Positions 44,834-53,309 of a stretch of DNA of 54,833 nt are shown here, piece after piece; within the stretch, counting starts at the first letter, position 1; every line of letters begins with the position of its first letter. Below the pieces are notes generated by a model, which saw nothing but the letters and a program-made list of their open reading frames with translations, did not search any database and was not told where the DNA came from. The stretch covers positions 1-54,833 of the forward strand of contig JAFGHF010000012.1 in assembly GCA_016939375.1 (NCBI GenBank), written 5' to 3'. The position numbers and the translations under genes were made by a program. The DNA comes from Candidatus Omnitrophota bacterium (lineage in GTDB: Bacteria > Omnitrophota > Gorgyraeia > JAFGHF01).

Positions 44834-45280
44834 TCAATAAGTTTCCTCGGGCTGGGGGAAAACTTCTTCTATGGCACTGCCGAGTTCTTCGGCGTAATCC
44901 CCATTCTGCATAGAGAAGTTCTGCGTAGCCTCCATAAACCTGTTCATCTCCTGAAAGCCCTTACTCTTGGCCATCTCTTCCATGGCGTCCTGTATCTCCC
45001 CCATGTCCACATCTTCATAGGAATACTCTTCCTGCATCGCTTGTTCTCTATTTCCCTGAGAGACCTCTGTAATCCTATCGATCGCGCTTCTGTGTTTTGC
45101 GCCAAAGGCCCTGATCTCGGAAATGCATCGGTCTGGATCATTCATATTGCTCTCGATGATATCCGCCATCCCTCCGTAGATCTCTACCATCAGAGCCTGC
45201 GGATCCTGGGCACTGGCTGTAGGCACTTGGGAAAACACACAAGCTGCGGCTATAAGAGCACATGCCAAAAACTTTGCCAC
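44834..45280 (-). CDS. Exported helical hypothetical protein (paralog B1)
   Basis: GTG start with GGAGG; IYGGMADIIESNMNDP..C. Confidence 0.8.
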   Translation of the reverse strand: MAKFLACALIAAACVFSQVPTASAQDPQALMVEIYGGMADIIESNMNDPDRCISEIRAFGAKHRSAIDRITEVSQGNREQAMQEEYSYEDVDMGEIQDAMEEMAKSKGFQEMNRFMEATQNFSMQNGDYAEELGSAIEEVFPQPEETY

Positions 45281-45306
45281 TTGGACACCTCCTTTTTTTC
45301 TTTTAT

Positions 45307-46503
45307 CTATTTTAGATACTTGGTCAAAAGCCGACTTATATGCTTATTCTCAGCGTACTTTTCCGTCTTCCAAGATGTGGCGATCTGCTTTTTGTTCTTC
45401 TTCCAAAGCCCATAAAAATTCTCCCAGCCGTATATCGGCCCTGCCCTCCTTACCCAAGCTGGATCGGGCAGATACTGCCATATGCCGTCGGGAAATACAT
45501 TGTGGGCTACGCACTTATAGGACCAATATGTCCAGTGAAAGCCGAACTTATTAAAACATTGTAACACATCTTCTAGATAATGCAACTCCCCAAAATCTTT
45601 TGGCGAGCGGTAATTGATGCCGAACTCACCTACATAAATGGGCACCTGCCATCTTTTGGCCTGGCGGGCGTAACCGGCAATATAGTTATAGACACGTTTT
45701 TTATCCCAATATAGGCCATCGACCTTGCCCGGATACTTAAGCTGGGGTTGCAGGTTAAAGGTAAAGCTCAATGGTAGATAGACATGGATGCTGTAGGCTA
45801 TGTTTTTTCCTTTTGCTTTTCCTAAAAAGGATAGTTTTTGACCGTAACAGTTGCCCTCTAGGAAGATGATGTGTCTTTGATCTACTTCCCTGATCGCTCT
45901 GATCGCTTGGTTATAGAGACGGGAAAGCAACTTATCATTGTCTATTACCGCTTCATTTAAGATATCGTATCCGGCCACAGTGGGTTCATTACTATAGCGG
46001 CGGGCGATCTTGCGCCAGAGAGAAAGATATAGCTTTTGGTATTTTTTCTCTCTCCAGAAACGGGCCCGGCCGTCTGAGTCACTGTGCCAGTCGTGGTTTT
46101 GTGCACCCGGCGCGGCATGCATATCAATGATACACCAGATCTTTTCTTTCTTGCACCAGGAAATGACCCGGTTCAAATAATCCCATCTGCCTTCATAGGC
46201 CAGCAGGCGGTAATTAAAGGGGATGCGCAGGCAATTGGCGCCCATTTTCTTTATACGCCGGATATCGCGACAAGTGATGAAGTTTTGCCTGTAGAGTGAT
46301 AGGAATTCTTCAAGCTCTCTTGCCGAGTTTTGACGGATAAAATTGCGTTTAAAGATATGGGCGGCGAAATTGCGGCCGCGGAAGAAATACCCTTCAAGCA
46401 TCAGCCAAGAACCTAAGTTTACTCCGCGCAAGAAGACTTTCTTACCCCGCTTATCGACTATATCTTTTCCCCTGACTTCTAACCAGGGCATTTGTCTTTT
46501 CAA
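45307..46503 (-). CDS. Glycoside hydrolase family 5
   Basis: LRGVNLGSWL, NCLRIPF, IDMHAAPGAQN, YDILNEA, SIHVY, VGEFG, WTYW. Confidence 0.92.
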   Translation of the reverse strand: MKRQMPWLEVRGKDIVDKRGKKVFLRGVNLGSWLMLEGYFFRGRNFAAHIFKRNFIRQNSARELEEFLSLYRQNFITCRDIRRIKKMGANCLRIPFNYRLLAYEGRWDYLNRVISWCKKEKIWCIIDMHAAPGAQNHDWHSDSDGRARFWREKKYQKLYLSLWRKIARRYSNEPTVAGYDILNEAVIDNDKLLSRLYNQAIRAIREVDQRHIIFLEGNCYGQKLSFLGKAKGKNIAYSIHVYLPLSFTFNLQPQLKYPGKVDGLYWDKKRVYNYIAGYARQAKRWQVPIYVGEFGINYRSPKDFGELHYLEDVLQCFNKFGFHWTYWSYKCVAHNVFPDGIWQYLPDPAWVRRAGPIYGWENFYGLWKKNKKQIATSWKTEKYAENKHISRLLTKYLK

Positions 46504-47354
46504 AGCCAGACCTCCTTTGTATGAAAGATATTCTCTATTATAGCAAATTCCTGAATAGAAAGCTCCTCCGGCCTGCGCGCGGAATCTATCCCTGCCTTGC
46601 GTAAAATATTGTGTAAGTCATCTTTTTTTATATTTTTTAGCTTATGGAAAAGCGAATTGAGTATCGTTTTTCTTCTTTGGTTGAAACAGGCGCGCACTAT
46701 TTTAAAGAACTGCTCTTCGCTGTGTACCTGAACCGGTGGCTCGACCAGCATAGAAAAGTGCACAAAGACAGAGTTGACTTTGGGCTGGGGATAAAAGGCC
46801 CGTTTTGGTATAGTAAAAAGAAGCTTCGGGTTTGTATAATACTGCACCAGGACACTTATTGAGGCATAATCCTTTGTGCCTCTTTTGGCTGCTAGGCGCC
46901 GGCCGACCTCCTCCTGTAGAGTCACATAAATATCATGTACTTGCATACGCTCTTTCTCAAGCAAATAAATAATGATCGGGGTGGTAATATAATAAGGAAG
47001 GTTTCCTACCACCTTAAAGACCTTGCGGCCCAAATCCGCTAGATCTGTCTCTAAGATATCCTCATGGATGACTTTTAGGTTCTTGCACTTGGCAAGGTTC
47101 TTCTGAAGTAAATGGGCCAAGGCCCGGTCCTTCTCAATCGCTACCACTCGGGCGGATTTATCAGCTAAATCATCTGTGAGCGCACCCAGACCCGGACCTA
47201 TCTCCAGGATATCCTCGGTCTCTTTTATATCGATGGCCTTGATTATTTTGTCCTTCATATAGGCATCGACAAGGAAGTTCTGCCCCCTGCGTTTGCTGAT
47301 AGAGAGCTTCTCTTCTTTCAAGATTTTTTTAATCTGTGCGGGGGTAAGTATCAT
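46500..47354 (-). CDS. rsmA: 16S rRNA adenine dimethyltransferase RsmA/KsgA
   Basis: GQNFL, EIGPGLG, IEKD, GNLPYYITTPI, FYPQPKVNS, FNQRRKT. Confidence 0.97.
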   Translation of the reverse strand: MILTPAQIKKILKEEKLSISKRRGQNFLVDAYMKDKIIKAIDIKETEDILEIGPGLGALTDDLADKSARVVAIEKDRALAHLLQKNLAKCKNLKVIHEDILETDLADLGRKVFKVVGNLPYYITTPIIIYLLEKERMQVHDIYVTLQEEVGRRLAAKRGTKDYASISVLVQYYTNPKLLFTIPKRAFYPQPKVNSVFVHFSMLVEPPVQVHSEEQFFKIVRACFNQRRKTILNSLFHKLKNIKKDDLHNILRKAGIDSARRPEELSIQEFAIIENIFHTKEVWL

Positions 47355-49113
47355 CTTCTTCTTGCCAGAGACGGATATTTTCTAAACCTTCTCTTGTTTT
47401 TTCATCAGCGGGTTTTAGTTTTGCCGCTTTTTCATAAGCGGCGATGGCCTGGTCTGTATTACCTAAGTGATTATAGATATTTCCCAGGTTATTATATGCG
47501 CTGACACAGCCTGGGTCAACTTTTATTGCTGCCTTAAGTGCGGCGATGGCCTGGTCATAGTCCCGGCTTTTAAAATAGAGGAATCCCAGATTGATATAGG
47601 CATTGATATAATTGGGATTGAGGGAAAGGGCCTTATTGTATGAATCTCTGGCTGCTTTATCTCTTCCTATTTGTTGATAGGCCCGGCCCAAATTATAATA
47701 GGCCTTTGCATAGGCGGGTTTTTTGTCAATGGCCCTATTAAATGAAGTTATCGCGTCTTCAAAGCGTCCGCTAGCATAATAGACATTGCCCAGGTTATTG
47801 TAGACCTCGGCATAATCGGGGTTTAGGTCTATCGCTTTTTTAAAGGCGCCCAGGGCCTTATCGATTTGGCCATCACGCAGATAGCGCTCACCCAGATTAT
47901 TATAGGTCTTGGCACTGTCCATAGAATATTCCAGGATAGTCTTATAAAATATGACGGGTGAGTTCCAGTAATGATTCTGCCTTATTGTCAGGCTTGAGTA
48001 GAAGACTAAAAAGGCTATGGCCATAGGTATAGCGATAAATCTCCCTTTTTTTGCGGCAAAGAGTACGCTTAATTCCCGGGCAATGATTAGGAAAAACCCG
48101 ATTGAGGGCACATAGAGCCAATGCTCGGCCATGTAGGCGTTTATAGGATAGAGATTGGCCTGGGGCAAAAGCGTAATCATAAACCAGGCCACACAGAAAA
48201 AATTAAACTTATCGCGCTTTCTTACCCTGAAAGCATAGACGAACGCAGCGACCATCATGGTTATACCAGCGAGCACCTTGGGGTCTTGCCATGAAAAAAG
48301 TTTGTCAGTATACTCCATGTGTAAATCAAAGGGCAGGACGATCAGCTTAAGATAACTGAAGAAAGCGGCAAAGAAACCCGGTATTCTCTGCGCCAGTGTA
48401 GTCTCCACTGCCAGATGGGCCAATAGAAAATGAAATAGGGTAAATCTTAAGGTAATATATACAAGGGCCAAACCGCTTATTGTGAAAAATTCTTTTTTGT
48501 GCAGCTTTTTTTGGAAGCTGTAGTGATATAAAAGCAAAAGCAACGGCAAAACAAGTACATTCTCCCGGGATAAAAGTGCAAAAACATAGCTTAAAAGCAT
48601 CAGCACATAGAACTTTGTATTTTTGGCGGATGAGTTCTTGATGTAAAAGATTATAGACAAAAGCATAAACAATAAAGACAGGGAGTCTGAGCGCCCGGAG
48701 ATATAGGTCACTGCCTCTGTATGCAGGGGGTGCACGATAAAAAAGAGGCTCGCTAAATATGAGGTGATAAAATCATCCCATAGCAGGCTCACCAACCAAA
48801 AAACGGCCAAGCCCGCCAGGATATGTAGAAGTATGTTGCTTAAGTGATAGCCCCGGGGATTAAGCTTCCAGAGGGCATGGTCAAACATATAAGTAAGCAT
48901 CTGAAAAGGACGGTAGAAGCCGTAGTTTTTACCTGAACCCTCGGCAATATCCTTGGTAAACACGCTCTTTAGATGTGTGTAACTTCTGATATATACATTA
49001 TCCCTGACTAGGACCTCATCATCCCAGATAAAAGGCCCGTTTAAGGAATTACCATAGACGATAAATCCTAAGACTGCGATAGACACTAAAGCGATGATGC
49101 TCTTTTTATTCAT
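47329..49113 (-). CDS. TMTC-like GT-C membrane glycosyltransferase with TPRs (copy 4)
   Basis: FIWDD, YRP, HPLHTEAVTYISGRSD, AEHWLY, about 6 TPRs; ATG 49113 overlaps the upstream stop. Confidence 0.88.
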   Translation of the reverse strand: MNKKSIIALVSIAVLGFIVYGNSLNGPFIWDDEVLVRDNVYIRSYTHLKSVFTKDIAEGSGKNYGFYRPFQMLTYMFDHALWKLNPRGYHLSNILLHILAGLAVFWLVSLLWDDFITSYLASLFFIVHPLHTEAVTYISGRSDSLSLLFMLLSIIFYIKNSSAKNTKFYVLMLLSYVFALLSRENVLVLPLLLLLYHYSFQKKLHKKEFFTISGLALVYITLRFTLFHFLLAHLAVETTLAQRIPGFFAAFFSYLKLIVLPFDLHMEYTDKLFSWQDPKVLAGITMMVAAFVYAFRVRKRDKFNFFCVAWFMITLLPQANLYPINAYMAEHWLYVPSIGFFLIIARELSVLFAAKKGRFIAIPMAIAFLVFYSSLTIRQNHYWNSPVIFYKTILEYSMDSAKTYNNLGERYLRDGQIDKALGAFKKAIDLNPDYAEVYNNLGNVYYASGRFEDAITSFNRAIDKKPAYAKAYYNLGRAYQQIGRDKAARDSYNKALSLNPNYINAYINLGFLYFKSRDYDQAIAALKAAIKVDPGCVSAYNNLGNIYNHLGNTDQAIAAYEKAAKLKPADEKTREGLENIRLWQEEDDTYPRTD

Positions 49114-50956
49114 CTTTGATATATGGTTTAAGGATCTCATCAAGCGTGGGGTTGTTGCTTCCTAACTCTTTTGCCTTTTTATAGGCCTGGACAGCCAGAT
49201 CATAGTTTTTTGTGCGATAATATGCCACAGCTAGATTGCCGTAGCCTTCGGCAAAGCCGGAATCGAGCTGGAGCGCCTTTTTATAAAAATCAATCGCCTG
49301 TTCATACTTCTTGTTAAGAAAATTGACATTGCCCAGGTTAAAATAGGCCTTCATGTATGTATGGTCCAGCTCTATTGCCTCTCTATAATATTCGCTGGCC
49401 TTTTGATACTCCCCCATAGCCTCATAGGCCACCCCTGAGTCATAATGGCTTTCAGCTATGTCAGGATTAAGCTCTATTGCCTTTTGATATTCACCGATAG
49501 CAGCTTTATATTGTTTCAGAGAGACATAGAGATTGCCCAGGTTTATGTGTACATCGGCTCTTCGGGGATCGAGCTCTATTGCCTTTTTAAAGGCAGCCAG
49601 GCTCTCTTTTTCCCTACCCGACTCGCGATAGGCCAATCCTAAATAGGTATGTGGCCGCTCGTATCCGGGATCGATCTCAATCGCCTTTTTATAGGCCGGG
49701 ATCGCTTTATCCGGTTTTCCTATATCGTCATAGGCCAATCCCAGTTCGCTATAGACCCTTGCGCTATCCGGGGCATAACACAAGGTCCTTTGATAAAAGG
49801 AAATAGGCTCGCGCCAATAATCATTCTGGTTTACGGTAATAAAGGTATAACATACCAGGATCAGAATACTTGAGATAATGACAAAGTTCCTCTTTTTATC
49901 ATAAAGGGTAGTTAAAGGCCTGGCCAGCAAAAGGCAGAAACCGATAGAAGGAATATACAACCAATGCTCGGCCATGTAGGCATTTAAGGGATAGAGGTTA
50001 GAAACAGGAAGAAGTGCCACAAAAAACCACAAAAGCGAAAACTTATAAATGTCTCGTCGCTCTCTATCCCTTAATATATATACCAGCGAGAGCACAAAGA
50101 TAAAAAGGCCAAAGATCGCCTTCGGGGCGGCCCAGCTAAATGTCTGATTGCCGTATTCCATGTGCAGGCCAAAAGGTAAAAACAACAGCCTGATATAGGT
50201 GGTGATGGCTACAAAGAATCCGGGAAGCCTCTGGAAAAAGGTAGTCTCTGCTGCCTGGGCCAAGATAGATCTAAGTAAAGTTGCTCTAATAATGATATAG
50301 ACAAACGCTATGCCCAGTATGGAAAAAAATGGACCACTTTTTAACTTCTCTTTGAAGATATAGTGATAGATGAGTAAAAGCAAAGGTAATATCAGGGTTA
50401 TCTCCCGGGATAAAAGGGCCAGGATATAGGCGATGAGCATTAAAAGTAGGCTTAAGATATTTTTTATCTTCAGGTATTTTATATAGTAGATAAAGGCCAA
50501 GAGCATAAACAGCAAGGCCAGAGGATCTGAGCGGCCGGAGATATAGCTTACTGCCTCAGTATGCAAGGGATGCAGCAAGAACAAAAGTCCGGTCAAAATC
50601 GAAAGGATGTGGTCATCATAAAGCATCATGATAAACCAAAAAACGCACAGTGCCGAGAGAATATGCAAGAGCACATTGATCAGATGATAGCCTATAGGAT
50701 TCAGCCTCCAGAGCTTAAAATCAAGCATATAGGTAAACATCTGCAGGGGTCTGAAAAAACCGCTGCCCTGCTTTGCGCTTGATGAGATATCTTTGGTGAA
50801 AAGCTTGGGAATATGCTTGAAGTCTTTTACGTAGACATTCTTCTCGATCAGATTGGTATCGTCCCAAACAAACTCTCCCTTTAGCGAATTGGCATAGGCT
50901 AAAAGGCCCAAGGCACAGATCAAGACACAGCTAAACAGGATTATTTTTTTATTCAT
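49106..50956 (-). CDS. TMTC-like GT-C membrane glycosyltransferase with TPRs (copy 3)
   Basis: FVWDD, FRP, HPLHTEAVSYISGRSD, AEHWLY, about 6 TPRs. Confidence 0.88.
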   Translation of the reverse strand: MNKKIILFSCVLICALGLLAYANSLKGEFVWDDTNLIEKNVYVKDFKHIPKLFTKDISSSAKQGSGFFRPLQMFTYMLDFKLWRLNPIGYHLINVLLHILSALCVFWFIMMLYDDHILSILTGLLFLLHPLHTEAVSYISGRSDPLALLFMLLAFIYYIKYLKIKNILSLLLMLIAYILALLSREITLILPLLLLIYHYIFKEKLKSGPFFSILGIAFVYIIIRATLLRSILAQAAETTFFQRLPGFFVAITTYIRLLFLPFGLHMEYGNQTFSWAAPKAIFGLFIFVLSLVYILRDRERRDIYKFSLLWFFVALLPVSNLYPLNAYMAEHWLYIPSIGFCLLLARPLTTLYDKKRNFVIISSILILVCYTFITVNQNDYWREPISFYQRTLCYAPDSARVYSELGLAYDDIGKPDKAIPAYKKAIEIDPGYERPHTYLGLAYRESGREKESLAAFKKAIELDPRRADVHINLGNLYVSLKQYKAAIGEYQKAIELNPDIAESHYDSGVAYEAMGEYQKASEYYREAIELDHTYMKAYFNLGNVNFLNKKYEQAIDFYKKALQLDSGFAEGYGNLAVAYYRTKNYDLAVQAYKKAKELGSNNPTLDEILKPYIKDE

Positions 50957-53309
50957 CTTTGATATATGGCTTAAGCACCTCGGCCAAAGAGGGGTTATTA
51001 AACCCCAGTTCCTTTGCCTTTTTGTAGGCCTCGACAGCTAGATCATACTTTCCCGCGCGATAATATGCCACGGCCAGGTTGCCGTAGCCTTCGGCAAAGC
51101 GGACGTTTAACTCTATTCCCTTTTTATATGTAGCGATGGCCTTATCGACCTGGCCTGTTCTTAAGTAAATATTTCCCAGATTATTGTAGGCGATCTCTAA
51201 ATCTGGCCTTAACTGGATCACCATCTGGTATGCGTTGATGGCCTCTTGGTCTTTTTCAGCGATATCATATAACATACCTAGATTATAACAGGCCTCTATG
51301 TAATCGGGCTTTATCTCTAATGCTTTTTTGCAGTGGAAAATGGCCTCTTGGTATTTGGTCTGTGATAGATATATACTGCAGAGTTTATTGTGGGCATCGG
51401 CATTTTGGGAGTCGCTCTCTAAAACATTTTTGTATGCGGCTATGGCTTCTTGCGGACTTCTGTGGGTATAAATAAGCCCCAGATTATAGTGTGCCTCGGT
51501 AATCTCAGGGTCAAGCTCGAGTGCCCTTTCATAGGCGGCGATGGCCTGTTTTTCTTTTCCTTGGGCCTCATAGACGCTACCTAGGTTGCTGTAGGCCTTG
51601 GCAAAACGGGGATTGATAGCAAGTGCCTTTTTATAAAAACCGATGGCCTTCTCATAGTCTTTGTTGTTAAAGTCTAAGTTGCCCAGGTTAAAATAGGCAT
51701 TGGCATGCCCGGGGTCTATCTGCAGGGCCTTTTTATAACACTGCCTGGCCTTATCTTCATCATTTGACTTTGCATAGACTAATCCCAAATTATTGTAGGC
51801 CTGGACAAAGTCAGCATCCACTTGGATAGCCTTTTTATAATACTCTATCGCCTGGGCATACCTTTGGCTGTTATCATAGACTATGGCTAAGTTATAAAAG
51901 CCTTCAGAGACTTCGGGTCCCAGCTCTATCGCCTTTTTGTAGGCGGCGATGGCCTGTTTTTCTTTTCCTTGGGCCTGGTAAATAGTACCGATATTATTAT
52001 AGGCGGAAGGATAGTCGGGCTTTAACTTGATCGCTTCGTTATAAGCGGATAGAGCTTCTTTGTGTTTTTCTCTTTCTTTATATTCGTTTCCTAAGTTGTA
52101 ATGTGCCCTTGAGCTGTCCGGGACATAGCTTAAGGTCCTTTTGTAAAAAGAGATCGGCTCGCGCCAGAAGGTGTTTTGTATTATGGTAAGGCTTGAATAA
52201 AGAATAAGCAAAAGCCCAAGCATAGTAATGGCTGTTGCTCTTCTTTTTTTAACGCTATATAGAGAATCAAGCCCTATAGCCATAAGCAGGAAAAATCCTA
52301 TCGAGGGAAGATACAGCCAATGCTCGGCCATGTAGGCATTTATGGGATAGAGATTGGATGAGGGAATCAGACCGATAAAAAACCACATTATCGCAAAAAA
52401 CACTACTGTCTTTGTCCTCTTTGCTTTGAGAGAAATCCCGGTCAATAAGACAAATATAAAAATACCCGCCAGGGCAGCCGGATCTGTGATGTTGAATACC
52501 CTGTTTCCGTATTCCATGTGCAGGTCAAGGGGCAAGAAAAGCAACTTTATATAATTTGCCAAGGCCTTAAAAAACCCGGGGACTCTCTGGAGAAAAGTGG
52601 TCGAGAAACTCACCTTCTCGATCAGAAAGCGCAGTAAAGTAAGGCGCAAGGCAATATAGAAAAGAGACACAACCACCAAAAAGCCAAATGACTTTTTCTT
52701 TATTTCTACCTTAAAGCTGTAGTGATATATAAGCAGGAGGATCGGTAAGATCAGGACTATCTCTCTGGATAAAAGGGCCAAGGTATAGGCAATGAGCATC
52801 AGCAAAAAAAATGAATTCTTACCCGTATTGATGTTCTTTAAATAAAAGGCTAAAGATAGCAGCATGAATAAAAGCCCAAGGGTATCGGAGCGGCCGGAGA
52901 TATAGCTTACCGCCTCTGTGTGTATCGGGTGCACCAAAAACAAAATGCTGCAACTTAAAGAAAGAAACATATTTTTAAATAAGATATTGAGCAAGTAAAA
53001 AAGCGCAAGCGCTACCAAGATATGCAAGATAATATTAGTCAGGTGATAGCCGAATACATTGAATTTCCAAATGGCATAATCAAACATATAGCTCAAGAGC
53101 TGTAAGGGCCGGTAAAAACCGTATTTACCCTCTACCCCGCTTATATCCTTACTGAAGATATCTCCTAGATGAGAGAAACTCCTGATATAGACGTTTTTCT
53201 CGATCAAGTGCTCATCGTCCCAGACAAACTCACCTTTTAAAGAGTTGCCGTAGACTACAAAACCTAAGGCGACGATCAATATTATAGAAAAGACAGTAGC
53301 TCTATTCAT
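50949..53309 (-). CDS. TMTC-like GT-C membrane glycosyltransferase with TPRs (copy 2)
   Basis: FVWDD, YRP, HPIHTEAVSYISGRSD, AEHWLY, about 11 TPRs; ATG at 53309. Confidence 0.88.
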   Translation of the reverse strand: MNRATVFSIILIVALGFVVYGNSLKGEFVWDDEHLIEKNVYIRSFSHLGDIFSKDISGVEGKYGFYRPLQLLSYMFDYAIWKFNVFGYHLTNIILHILVALALFYLLNILFKNMFLSLSCSILFLVHPIHTEAVSYISGRSDTLGLLFMLLSLAFYLKNINTGKNSFFLLMLIAYTLALLSREIVLILPILLLIYHYSFKVEIKKKSFGFLVVVSLFYIALRLTLLRFLIEKVSFSTTFLQRVPGFFKALANYIKLLFLPLDLHMEYGNRVFNITDPAALAGIFIFVLLTGISLKAKRTKTVVFFAIMWFFIGLIPSSNLYPINAYMAEHWLYLPSIGFFLLMAIGLDSLYSVKKRRATAITMLGLLLILYSSLTIIQNTFWREPISFYKRTLSYVPDSSRAHYNLGNEYKEREKHKEALSAYNEAIKLKPDYPSAYNNIGTIYQAQGKEKQAIAAYKKAIELGPEVSEGFYNLAIVYDNSQRYAQAIEYYKKAIQVDADFVQAYNNLGLVYAKSNDEDKARQCYKKALQIDPGHANAYFNLGNLDFNNKDYEKAIGFYKKALAINPRFAKAYSNLGSVYEAQGKEKQAIAAYERALELDPEITEAHYNLGLIYTHRSPQEAIAAYKNVLESDSQNADAHNKLCSIYLSQTKYQEAIFHCKKALEIKPDYIEACYNLGMLYDIAEKDQEAINAYQMVIQLRPDLEIAYNNLGNIYLRTGQVDKAIATYKKGIELNVRFAEGYGNLAVAYYRAGKYDLAVEAYKKAKELGFNNPSLAEVLKPYIKDE

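Noticed and set aside
44801-45415. 204-aa plus-strand ORF
   Set aside because: Antisense to paralog B1, which is supported by an RBS, signal peptide, paralogy and terminator.
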